Assembly (NCBI GenBank): GCA_965202585.1
Contig: OZ241827.1
Location: forward strand, 22,444,001 to 22,508,000
From: Thalia democratica
Lineage: Eukaryota
DNA length: 64,000 nucleotides
Reading direction: 5' to 3'
Positions within the stretch are counted from its first letter, which is position 1. Every line of letters begins with the position of its first letter. Of this stretch, positions 39,674 through 51,900 are shown piece after piece. The notes under the pieces were generated by a model, which was not told where the DNA came from, did not search any database, and worked only from the letters and a program-made list of their open reading frames with translations. The position numbers and the translations under genes are program-made.

Positions 39674-39937
39674 GGTATACTGACAATTCCCACCCGCGAT
39701 CATTTTCCCCCCAATTAAACCCTACCTGCACATAATTCCAAGTCATTTTTTTTTTTACTTTTCTTTATTTATTCCTTTAATTTTTAATGTTTTTGTTATT
39801 TTTCTAAGTATTATTTATCTATTTTTTGCTGTCACTGTTACCCCTAACCCTCAACCTTGGTCGGTAAGCGGTTCTCTGATTTGACCGGGTGGGGTTTGAT
39901 CAGGAGGATAAAATCGCGCGTGGAAATGAGCGGCTCC
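39674..39937. mobile_element. MITE with a 10-bp TSD (Mutator/MULE-like)
   Basis: TATTAAAACG on both sides (39664-39673 and 39938-39947). GG...CC ends with imperfect TIRs (CAATTCCCACCCGCGAT vs CATTTCCACGCGCGAT). Internal CCCTAACCCT. Confidence 0.65.
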
Positions 39938-40759
39938 TATTAAAACGTATAAAAAAAAGTAAACTAAACAAACGTTCTTAAGTTAGATCAGTGATCTATA
40001 GGATAATTAAAAATGACGTAATCATAAGAGTCTAAAATAAATCTACTAATGAAATTGACAAGAGACGTTAATTTTCCAACTTTTTCTAAATAATTCTACA
40101 CAGTATAGAATAAAGCAACAAAAAAACTATTTCGTACGTTTAAGCTTATACTAATTGAAATAAAAGTAATTTGTATATTTTGGAACAAATAATAATTTAC
40201 TAAAATAATATCAACTTGTTTTATAGCAGTTAAAGTTAAAGAAAGCGATTTATTGACTATGACTACTGAAAGAAAGTTAATTTCTATAAATAACTAATAC
40301 ATACATTATCATTTATTTTTCCTTATCTAACACATATACAAATACAACTTTTGTTAATGTAAGAGTCGATTGCTACCCGTAGTATTTTAGTAAGGGGTGG
40401 GGTAAACTTATAAATGTCAAAAATGTCCCCAAAATCAAACTATTATATTTAGTTATTTTAGGAGAATACTTTATATTACAATTATGATAATTTTTTTATA
40501 GATCACGTTGCATACATTTTGAAAAAAATCCAAAATTTTATACTATATTTTTGATTTCTAATTTCTTTTATCTAATGTGTATTCAAAACTTAAAACTAGC
40601 TATGGGTTTTACAGTTTGGTTTCTTTCTATTTAACATATGTTTTTATTTTTTATTTTTAACAACAAAATAATTTTTGGCTATGCTAAAATAAATTTTGGC
40701 TAAGAACTACATTAAAACTAAATTAAAAAGATTAACAAGTGACTTGCAACTCTTTAAGA

Positions 40760-41965
40760 GAAGAATGCCTGAGTGACCAAAAAATAGCCTGAGTTGGCCT
40801 TATTTTATGAAAGAAATTGAAAAGATAATAATTATAAGTCAAAAACTGAAGCCAAGTTAAAACTAATCAAGCTTAAATATTTATATGTACCGAGTTATAA
40901 AAAAAAGAACTTAATAATCTACAATTCATAAATAAAATATCCAAAAACTAGTCTGATATTTAGGAAAAAAATGAAACTAGCCTGAGTTTTGCAAAAATAA
41001 AAATCTAAACATGCCTGATTCAGTTTGAGCTTTTTTATTATTACCAACCAGCCTGAGTTACGGGGTTTGCCTTGGTCTTAGATTTTCAAGATTTTTAATT
41101 TTTTAAAGCTACCCCGAGTAGCTTGAGTGTGGCAACACTTAGTTTCACAAGGTATACTAAATATTAAAAAAAAATAGTTTATAAACATAATGAAAAAACT
41201 TAATCAATATACAATAGGTTTAGCAAAACAATGAGTGTTTTAATAACTAGTTTTTTTCTGATTTTATTCAAAATGAGTTTACAATTTAGTACAAAAAGAA
41301 TGTTTATTAACAGGGTACCACTTTTTTAAACAAAAACCCATTCTGAATGACCAAAAAGTAGACTGAGTTATATTAAGTTGCCCTGAGTCTGCTTGAGCTT
41401 TTTCAAAATTGAACAAATTTAGTATTAATTTAGCTTAAGTACGTAAAAAAACTAAAATAACAATAAAATGATTTAATAAAAATATAGATTAAGTTTTAAA
41501 AGTAGTCTGATTATAAAAAACAAATATAAAAGCTAGCCTGTGTTTTGCAAAAAAATTCAAATTACCCTGAGTTTTTGAAAAGGTTTGAAATAGTCTTACG
41601 AGTTACCTTGAGTAGACTGATGGTGTGAAAACCCTGAGTTTTTATACTAAATGCCTAAATATAAACATATTTGAAGTATAAATCAATATACTTATACATA
41701 AATTATAATATTGTATTAGTTCTAGAGTTTTTTATTATTATTTTACAAACTAAATTAGATTAAAATAATGCTTACAAGCATGCTCACAAGCTTGAATATA
41801 AAAAAAAAACATCATAAAACATAAAAACTAAATACTTAACTGGAATAATTACACTAGTTTAAAATAGAAAAATATTTTTTTTCAAGTCATAAAAATGAGT
41901 CTGAACTTTTCAAAAATGTTAAACTATTTTGAATTACTTGAGTAGCCTGGGTATGTCAAGTTCTG
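40760..41965. repeat. Array of degenerate DNA-transposon-like units rich in (G/C)CCTGAGT
   Basis: Recurrent CCTGAGT. About three similar right ends: GAGTAGCTTGAGTGTGGCAACAC (~41138), GAGTAGACTGATGGTGTGAAAACCCTG (41636) and GAGTAGCCTGGGTATGTCAAG (~41960). Confidence 0.45.
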
Positions 41966-42431
41966 TTAAAGTTAAAAGTTTATTTAATCAAAGTTTATTA
42001 CAGTTTAAATTTATTTTTATTTAACATGAGTATATATCTTTTGTCCTGTCCTAGACAATGACGTTTAACTGTATCCAAATAGTGCATGACTTGATAATCA
42101 AAAGGTTCCTTCTCACACCAGGTCTTTGGACCGGTCTTTTGAGCGCTTTTACATAAAGAAAAAAACAAAAAAAATTACTTTGCTATTCCTCAGTAAAAAT
42201 ATACTTTGTTTTTATTTTAAACTTTACACTTCAATGCAACTCAATAGAACAAATCATATAGGTTACATTATTAGTTGTCTTGTAATATAATATACATATT
42301 AAATTGCACTTTTAAATCCGTTGTATAATCGTGGTTGATAATATGTGTAGCTCGCGTTCATTCAAGCGTTCAAGAGAATAAAAGAGAAATAAGAATGCGC
42401 GGCGTGAGAATAAAACTGAAATAATTTCTTG

Positions 42432-42516
42432 TGACTCACATTTGCATCAGCACATCATAAGTCGCGTGAATATGAAATGAGCCAATGAGAACGCAATGCG
42501 TGAAAGTTGAACCAAT
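42432..42516. promoter_or_regulatory. Compact regulatory module: AP-1 + octamer + two CCAAT boxes
   Basis: TGACTCA 42432-42438, ATTTGCAT 42440-42447, CCAAT 42482 and 42512 (30-bp spacing). Confidence 0.4.
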
Positions 42517-44250
42517 CAAACATGGGTGTAAGTTTATCCCTAGATTAGATAGCGCGTATAGAACAAGCGACAGTTTTATTGCAGTAAAAAACTGCAAATA
42601 CGACACCTCTACCATCCTTGTGAAACTATGATTTTTTGTTAAAAATTTAGTTATAAAAATTAATTATTTAATATAAAAGTTTTATATTAACAATTACATT
42701 AGCTTCATAAACTTCTTAATTGTATTTTTCAATTATTTGTTGTTAATTTCTTAATATGAAGTATTTTGTTTACACAAGTTAAACCTTTTAACAATCTTCT
42801 TAAATTTGAATGAAACTAACTGTAGTATGTGCTTACTTATGTACGACACAGGCCTGATATATAGCTGACAATAAAGTTTTAATATTAAATACACGCTCCT
42901 AAGTTCATTCTTCAAAATTTCGTTAATCAATCTAAAAGGTTTATTTAATTTTTACTAAACTTATGCTGTTGTTTAAACTGAAATCGAACCTGTGAATAGA
43001 ACGATGTGTGTTACAAGTAATAAATGCAAACAGAAAACAACGATAAAAACTAACACATAAAAACAATCATAATACAACAAAGCTTTAGCTAAAAAATGAC
43101 AACGAATCTAATTCCACTGCTTAACAGCCTAAGTTAAAACATACAACATCGTTACGCAAGTAACGAGTTTAGTCACTACAAATAATGTTCTACAAATTAC
43201 GATTTTAATGATACCTAAAGCTTTCATCAAAATTTTAGAATAAATGACTCGCGGAGTCTGCTTTATATAATCCAATTTTTAACTACTCTACAATTTAAAT
43301 TAACAAAATTTGGAGTTATATAAACTTATCTTCTTCAAGCAACTAAGTGTAGTTGAACTTTATTTTATACTTTTCACATTGTATACTTTGAAGTGAAATT
43401 AACTTTCTAATTCAAAAACAATACATAAACTTCATTTATTACTCATAGCATTTTTATTTGAAAACTTTAAGAAACTTAGTAAAAGGTTTAATTTTGAAAA
43501 TAGTGACTTTTTAAAGTTTAATATATTATGAAATAATAATTGAACCATAACTTTAAATCGTTCTCAGCTCACAGCTAATTGTGCACAAACGAATGTTTAA
43601 GTTTTCTTAATACTCTAATTTTATAAATTCAACATTCATTATACAAAAATTTCGCAAAAAATGCACACTTTCTTTTAGTAAGTGTTGTATTTTCCGTAAG
43701 TAATGAAAACTTTTTTCAGGTGTAGCTCAGCCTCTATGTAACTTGTTAAGAGCTGCCCCTGGTGTGTTATATACTTACACTTCATTTTTAAATTCAACAA
43801 AGTTTTTTTCAGTATATATGAACTAAGTAGGTCAGCTTGTTTATTGTTGCATTCATTTTAAACTGATCTCAATTACTTTACTACATATTTCAAATAGAAA
43901 ACCTTACTCAGTTATTAAGTTTTAAAAAACAAAAGTAAAAGTTTAAAAACTTTAATGTCCGTTGGGCTTAATTTTATTAGTGTAAAATATAAAGAAGTAT
44001 AATTTTAAGTAGTTTTTAAGCCGCCAGACTAGTGTTTAACGTTATTTGTACATTTACTTCGGAGAGCTTTAAACTATATGTTTAACACATTTTTTTACAA
44101 AACTTATAAAAAAGTTAAGTTAAAAGAGAAAGTAGTAATTTAAACACTAACAAAAACTGTATTAATTACTTATCTGAGGATAAAAACAGAATAAAATCTC
44201 AAAAGAAAAATTAATAAAGTAAAACAGGTTTTTATTTTATTTACTAAGTA

Positions 44251-44525
44251 CATGGGTCAGCAGTTTTTTATAAGTGTTGAGCAAAGTTGCTTGCGGGCCG
44301 CAATTAACTAAAATAATTGTCTTAATGATTAAAAAACACTATTATAAATCGAAAAAAAGAAAAAAAATGAAGAAAGTAGCAATTAATAACTATTAAGTTA
44401 AAAGTCTAATTGTAGTTTTTTATCACAACAATTTTTTTTAATTGTTTTGAAAAGTATGATTTTAGCTAAAAAGTTTATCGCCAGCCGTATATTTTTGCTC
44501 TGAGGGCCACAGCTTTCCAACCCTG
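44251..44525. mobile_element. Degraded hAT/Charlie-like MITE
   Basis: CATGGGTCAGCAG...GCGGGCCGCA...GAGGGCCACAGCTTTCCAACCCTG. No intact TSD. Confidence 0.4.
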
Positions 44526-44735
44526 GGTTAGAAAAGGAAGAAGTTAGAAAAATTAGAAAAAGTAGTTTTTAGTGATAGAAAACTTTATTATGCTCAAAAG
44601 ATTTGAATATATTTTTAATGTGATACATAACAAAACCAAACTAAAAAGCTTATCTTATACTACTATATGTTTCCGATTATTTTTACAAAAACAAAAAAAG
44701 AATTTCAAAAGCGAAAATTTATTTTTCGAATCATT

Positions 44736-45684
44736 TCAAACGTGTTTTATCTGTGGAACAGTTTCTTTTTGTCCGCAAACGATGCCGAACATGGCATTCT
44801 TCCAGTTTTTCAGTTTCACGCTTCCAAACGCGTCTTTTATTTTCCGTCTCATCACGGTTGGCGTTTTGAAGGCAATATTTTTCACTTGCTCAACAGTGGA
44901 CGTGTTCTTCTTCTTTTTTTCTGAATAGTAATTAGATGCTTGTTGTTGTTATTTTTTGACAGTTTGTGGTTTTAGTTGCAAAGCTTAGATATTAAAGGAG
45001 ATTTTTGAATGTTTACATTACTACATATTTTTACATAAACCTTTTAAAAAAACAATGTTAAAGTCTAAAAAACGTTATTAATAATTTAAAGATCACACTT
45101 TGTTTCTTTGTATAAAAACAATGTTGTTTTTGTGAAAACTAATAATTATAAACGCTTTATAATTGAAATTAAATGTAGTATTTCAGTTTGAAAGTAATAA
45201 AATATGTCCAAATTAATTAGGATTTCATTACATTCTGTGAATAAACAAAAGTCCATATCTAAAAAAAAAACTTTTCTCGTTCAGTTTTTAGTAGGTTTTT
45301 TAGTGATAGCGTTGTATTCAAATTTTCTAAATAAAATCTCGAGTTGAACCTTGTACTGACCGTAAAAGTGTAAAATAAATTCAGCTCTAACACGCCACCT
45401 ATGGATAATATTTCTTTTTAATGTATTGCGCGTTCAGCGATGTTTTGAGAAATAATCACTACTTATAAGTTCATACCGTTGATCAATTTATCTTTGGTGT
45501 GCTTAAGCTCCGCCGCCTGCCACTTCAACTGGTCTTTTAAACTTTCGTTTTCCTTCTTAGTTTGTTCCAATTCCTTCCACAGCATTCCAACGCCTTTCGA
45601 GTCGATGCTTTCCGCTACCTTTTGCATTTTTTGCTCAGTCTCGAAAGACTCCGACTGCTCCACTAAGATGAACGTTTCCGCCAT
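44736..45684 (-). CDS. Two-exon orphan, coiled-coil N-terminus and basic C-terminus (130 aa)
   Basis: Exon 45684-45477 (LWKELEQTKKENESLKDQLKWQAAELK), donor G|GTATGA, acceptor TATTCAG|. Exon 44920-44736 is in phase (EKKKKNTST...IKHV*). Confidence 0.6.
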
Positions 45685-46233
45685 CGTTATTTAAAAAATC
45701 AAACACAAAACAAAAACAAGACAAAACAGACAAAACTTCACAGTTATTGTGGCTTCAAATAAATACGTTTAATCTTTAAAAAATTTTAAACTGTAGTCAT
45801 GGTAACTACCAGATTTTTTGTTCGCTTTGAGCTTTATGTACTTCAATATTTTAAATTAGTATTTATCAAAAAATTAAATTTATCTTAATTAAGGAAATTG
45901 ATAGTATGAATTTAACTATTGGTTGCTATGATCACAATCTAATTATTTATACAACTTTATTGTTTTTTATTGCGAATCTCAACCAATATCTTCTCTAGAT
46001 GCTTAATATAAATTAGTTCTATTGTAAACTGCAAAGTTAAAGCTAATCTAATGCAAGCTTTAAATAAAAGTTAAAATTCAATATACAAGATGACAACTAA
46101 TGTTAACTCATTGAAAGAGAAATCAAAAAACTTGATTTTAGCGAACCTACGTAACAATAAAAACAAGATACTAACAAAATTTTAGAAATTAAATTTATAT
46201 TTGTATATTTTGAAAATATACAAAAAAAGCACG

Positions 46234-46839
46234 ATGAAATTTCTACTCATTCTCGCGTTTCTCCTTCTTGCTTTACTTCCTGCCTCGATTGCCGACCAGT
46301 GCCGCGTCAACTCCACCAAAGTCGACTGCGCCGATTTCAACTTTCCCGGCGGAGGCTGCTGCGGAAAGTCGTTCTGCTGCGAGTCGGTGTTCGGGAGAAT
46401 TGCGAGAAATGCGACTTCAAGCGGACAAAGTATTTGCTCTCGCCAGTGCGACGAAAATTTCTGCTGTCCGCTTTTCACTTGCTGCCAGCCGAACCTCCAA
46501 GTTGGCAACTCCTCGCAAACTTCCGTGGTCTACTACAAGCGCGCCACCATGTTTCTGACCCTGGCAGTTTCCTTCGTTACCATGGCAACCGTGTTGATGT
46601 GCGTCTGTTGTCACGGTTGCGACCGAAACAGGTGGAGGACGGACTTGGACCAGAGCGAGGCAGTCAGGGCTTTCAGGTCGCGGTACCCGACGGTTGTCAG
46701 GGACACGAGGGCGGTGGTTTACGTTGTCAGGGAGCCGAGAGTGGCCGTTGTCAAGAACATTGTCAGAAACGCGGGAGATTTTCCTCCGAATTACAATGAA
46801 GCGGCTTCTGACTACAACAAGTACCCGATAAGAAAATAA
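46234..46839 (+). CDS. Shisa-like (WBP1/VOPP1/TMEM92-type) single-pass membrane protein with two 6-Cys modules and a PPxY motif (201 aa)
   Basis: Signal peptide MKFLLILAFLLLALLPASIA. C..C..CC..CC occurs twice. TM FLTLAVSFVTMATVLM is followed by CVCCHGC. The C-terminus contains PPNY. Intronless and GC-rich. Confidence 0.8.
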   Translation: MKFLLILAFLLLALLPASIADQCRVNSTKVDCADFNFPGGGCCGKSFCCESVFGRIARNATSSGQSICSRQCDENFCCPLFTCCQPNLQVGNSSQTSVVYYKRATMFLTLAVSFVTMATVLMCVCCHGCDRNRWRTDLDQSEAVRAFRSRYPTVVRDTRAVVYVVREPRVAVVKNIVRNAGDFPPNYNEAASDYNKYPIRK

Positions 46840-48960
46840 ATAAATGAAATGCAATAATGTTATCTTGTTTTTCGTTCATAAGACAAATAAAGACTCAAAA
46901 GTTACAATTCAAAGTTACGCTAAACGAAATTGATTAAGAAACCTTTTTTAAATAGTGACTTATGTTTGATTTTTTTACTTAAAACTAGAACCAAAACCAA
47001 ACTATTCAAACACTACGACTTTTAGTAAAATATAAAAGTGTTAAAAATACTTAAATCAAATTTTAAATGTGCTTTGTACCTATAAGAGAAAGTAGAGCAA
47101 AGTTAGTTGTTTGTAAAAAAAATTAAAAACATGTTATGAAAAAATCATGACACGGTTTTTAAAACTATAAACTGATTTAAAACTAACATCGTATTTTACA
47201 ATTATTAGTTGCACTTTATTTTTTATTATATTTTTAATCACTTCTACATTTATTGTATTTTTTTGTATTTATTTTTAATAAACTTATAATATAGACTAGT
47301 GTAGGTACATAAATTACTTTTACTATATTAAAAAAACATGTAGATTAATGCTTTGAATTTTATAATGTTTGACATCACTAATGCATTAGATTAATGATCT
47401 ACATAATTGTTTTATAAATTTTATATGCTATCTAGCCATATTTATTACATTAATTAAATAGATTGAAATTAAGATACCTTCAAATCTTAAAAAATACAAA
47501 TCTAGATGGGTAATATTTTCAAAAGTACCAGTAAAGTAAAGACATTTTTTTCTCATTTTGCTTTGAACTTGAACATTTGCGTTTTACAAATTAAATTATT
47601 TTATTCAAAGTTTCGTAAAAGACGTTTTTCGTTTGTTCAATATTTGGATATAACTATTTTATAAACAACCTCGTTTAGTTTTTACAGTGAAGTTTGTGTA
47701 TAATCTCTAAAGCTTTTATAATCAGTAAAAAGGTTCTAAAGTTATCTTGATAATAAATAGAATATAATTAATAGAAACAATTAGTTTAAGATATGTTTTT
47801 TATGTAAATTTTACTAATTAAACAAATATAAAAACGATATAATAATACTAAGAAGATACTAAAGAAACTAAAAAAGGTTTGTACTAAGTGTTATTATCAA
47901 AAGTCTATTGTGACTCATAATAGTAAAAAAGCAACAATATAATTGTTTACTAAAAATATATAAAACAAACAATTATAAACTTTTAATGACTGCTTAGATG
48001 TTTTTTTAGTTTGTTTATAAAAAACTTATTTTTTCTTATCAAGGGTAAAAGATTGTTTGTTTTTTTTAAATGAAATATGCTACAACTTCATTTTTCACAT
48101 TAAAAATACTTTTTTATTTTAGGCACCATTTAGAACATAAAACTAAATTTTAAAAAAATTGCGGTTTTGTGTATAGTTTTATGTTGTAATTACAAATGTT
48201 AAACAAATTTGGTTGCTTTCAGTTCCTATGAAAATACCTTAGAAGTTAAATTTCTTTTTTTTTAACACTTCGGTCATTTCACAATAAAAACCTTCGTTAC
48301 TTTAATTTAATTAAGTTAAAGAGGTTTAAAGTGTTCTAACGTGAAAATTTTAAAACGAATTTCACTAACTAAAGTGTGTATGAGAAATTTTTAAGTTTAG
48401 TATTACTGTTTAACTTCTAAAACACAAGGATCTTCTGAAGTTTTTCGTCAAATATGTCAAAATATTTTTGGTTAACTTCATTGATAAGCCGTTTAAATTA
48501 ATCGCGAAAACAAAAAAAAATTGTTTTATTTTATTATACCACTGGAGTAAGTAAGCAAAAGTTCGTGAGCATTAAAAACTTAAAAGAAACTTACTTTAAA
48601 CGCACACTCAAAAGAAACTCGGTCTTTTCTTGTTCACCACAAATGCGACAAAACACAGTTTTACTCACAAAAAACGCTGAAGCTTTCGTGTTTTGAATAA
48701 CGTGAACGGTGTGACAACGTCACCATACAGCATTTCCTGAAGTTTTCTATAAGTAGAATATTTGATGATTCAACGTGTGCGAAGTACAAGTAGCTTTTTT
48801 GTGATATACGTTACTTAAATGCACGATGAAATTGTTTGATAGACAGCTATTTTGTTGATATTCTAGTTTTTTTACATAGTTGTTTTACATTAACATTTTT
48901 AAGTTTTAAGCAGAAAAATGTAAAGTGTGTTTTGTTTTCATTACAGAAAGTTCTTTTATA

Positions 48961-51900
48961 ATGTGCAAATGGAACACAGTACATGGTCTTAGTAACAAAC
49001 GTCATTATTGCAAGTCAATAAATGCTCATTTGTTGTTCGGATTATTCCATTTGTTGGCTTTATCTTATTGCCAGTTAAACAAAGGTTAGCTCGCAATATC
49101 AAAATAAAACATTGTGATTATGTATATTAACTTTTAGTAAAGTTATGCAGAATTAACTAAAGCTTTTTTGTCTTTGTAGCAACTATTGTTTTAAGCTTAA
49201 GCTGGGTAAATAAATGAAATAGATTAGTTTATATTATATTTGTACAGTGAACATACTAATCGAAGTTCGAAGACACACCAGAGACTTGCCATGCAGAGCA
49301 GAAGATGGACTTCAGGTTTGTAGAACAAAAATTGAAAATATCACTGTAGAATTTTGTGTTACGAGGTCATTTGCCTCAGCAAACGCTAAAAGATGTGGAA
49401 TTTCTGGTTTGAAACCGAGTGACTTTGATCTTCCGTGTTTAGTGTAAGAATACTTTTATGTACTAAACTTAAATTGTGTTTCTACTTATTTCAAAAAGAA
49501 ATGAAATTTATGTAACTTGTTTCTAAATAAAACTTGATGAACGTTTAAAATGAGTAAGTTAAGCTAGCAGTATTAAGTTACCATAAACGTTTAGCAAAGT
49601 CATGTTACAATCGAGATGCTCTCAAAGTTTACCGCCACAAAATATTTGTTGAAAGTATTTTATTCAAAAGTTTAATAACCTTCTTCATTTTAAGTAGCTG
49701 AAAGTTATTATAAGTTTTATGGGCTTTCTGTATTAATCCTTCAAAATCTGTTAACACGGCGGTTTTTTTTTATATAATAGAATGCTTGTTTTTTTTTTTA
49801 TTCAATAATTCCTTGATATATTAAGACTTAGCAGATTTAGAAGCAACATATTAAAGAACTTGATTTATTTATTAGAGACGGAACTGGGTATTTTTCGTCA
49901 AAGTATAACATGACAAAGAACTGTGTACACGAAAGATACTTGAAATGCGACGAAAGTAAAGAAGTTTCTATTTTACAGGAAGGAATAAATCATTGTTATC
50001 CTAGAAACTATATTGGTAAATTTGATGACATTATTAAATGTGGACTCAATGGGGTTAGCTAAATTGATGATTATAAGTTTTTGATAAATATTTTTAAACT
50101 ACCTAGAATGATTTGTTACTTTTTGATAATTTAATTCTAACAATAAGCTGTATATATTATCATCAAAAATGTAACTATAGTTTTAAATGCTCAATTGCTA
50201 AAATAATATTGTTAATTACATAAAACTATCATACAACATTAAAAACAACTTTAATCTTAAGGCTAAAGTTTAAGTGAAAGTCTTTTTAAACTTGTTGTGC
50301 TTTTCTTTAGAAAGAATTTAAACCTTTTTTCTCGTTAAATTTGGTTAAAGTTTGTAGCTTAATATTACGAAAGCTCATTTTTAATGTTTAACGAAGCATT
50401 ATAATTATTAAAAGTATAACCAAAAGGCTGAAAACCATTGCAAAAACAAAATTATTCAAAAAAGCAGTGAAAAAGGAGAACTGCTTCTAACTGTAAACTA
50501 AAATTTGATAAAGATATATTTTAAAATCCATGTAAAGTAAACATATTTAAGTATGTACCTATAAGTTTTTATGATTTGATAAGTTTATAAAAAAATTATA
50601 AAAAACGTAGGATTACTAATTAAACTTGCTTTAAAACCTTAGTGTTTTCAAACCTGTAAGCTTTTTAGAAAACGTTTAAGCTTGTATTTACTACAAACTT
50701 TTCAGTGTAAACATGAAAATGAAACGGAGAAGATTTTAATACCAAAAATAACCTGCAATGTAACAACAGAGTTTGAGTGCAAAAACGACACCAAAAGATG
50801 CATTCCAAGAGAATGGGTTCTTGACAACCAAATAGATTGCTCAGATTTCAGTGATGAGAAATTTCCTTTGCCCTTTTGTCTTTCTTCTGAGTTCGCTTGT
50901 CCTTCAGGTAGGTGCTTGCACAGATATCGAGTTAATGATGGGTTTCCTGACTGTTCCTCAGGAGAAGATGAAAGTAGGATGGGTTTCGAGTGTGACGCAG
51001 GAGAGTTCAGCTGTAAAAATGACGTATTTGAAAGGTGCATCCCCATTTCGTGGGTCAATAATAACTTGCAAGATTGCTCCTCAGGTAAAGATGAAAACAG
51101 GTAAGAAATTTTAATTGTTTTTACTTGTAGTTCAACATAGAAACTTGTATATCTTATTATACCTATATAAAAAGAAATAAACACTCTGCCGCATTTTAAG
51201 TTTTTTTTTACAAAAATTAATACTAAATTTCTATAAATTTAGTAAACTTAGTTAAGTACTTTAACTACCAAACAAAAATAAGTACCATTTTAAGTTCGTA
51301 CTATAGTAATATCTAATTAGGTCGATAGTTATCACCAAATGTAAAGAATTTTCTTGTGACAATGGGTCGAGGTGTTTACCATCGAGCTACTTATGTGACG
51401 GAATCCAGCATTGCTTGGATGCAAGCGACGAAATAGGATTAAATGTGTGCAAGACGCCAACTTTGTACAAGTGCCTGATTGACGAACCTCCACTCTATAT
51501 TCCGTGGGCATTTACCTTTTGGAACCATTTCCTTAATTACTGCGACGATTATTCTGACATTAACACAATCCAGATGTTTGGTTTTAGATGCGCGGTCAGA
51601 AAAAAGTATCATCTTAGTACCAACGTCCAAGTCTTTGTACCGATGTTCTACTTGCTTAACAACATATCTGTTTGTGCTGACAACTCCGATGTATGTTACG
51701 ATTCCCATGGTAACTTCGTGTGTTCGCGTTGCCTTGACAACAAAACGATTATAAACCCCAAGTTTAATTGCGACGGGTTGTTTGACTGCCCGGATCTTTC
51801 AGACGAGTGTTTGTGTGACAGTAAAACGGCTGAAATGAGCAAAGTTTGTAAGATGAGAGATAAATTGGATCTTTCAACGTTCTGCAACCAGGTTGTAGAT

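Noticed and set aside
43717-43761. GGTGTAGCTCAG resembling a tRNA 5' end
   Set aside because: No cloverleaf or T-loop. It is better explained as a tiny inverted-repeat remnant (CAGGTGTAGCTC...GAGCTGCCCCTG) without a TSD.
44572-44928. Plus-strand Phe-rich ORFs (118 and 85 aa)
   Set aside because: Antisense to the Lys-rich second exon of the 44736-45684 gene.
46182-46854. Alternative-frame and antisense ORFs over the Shisa-like gene
   Set aside because: GC-rich shadows. Only the frame starting at ATG 46234 has signal, TM and motif structure.
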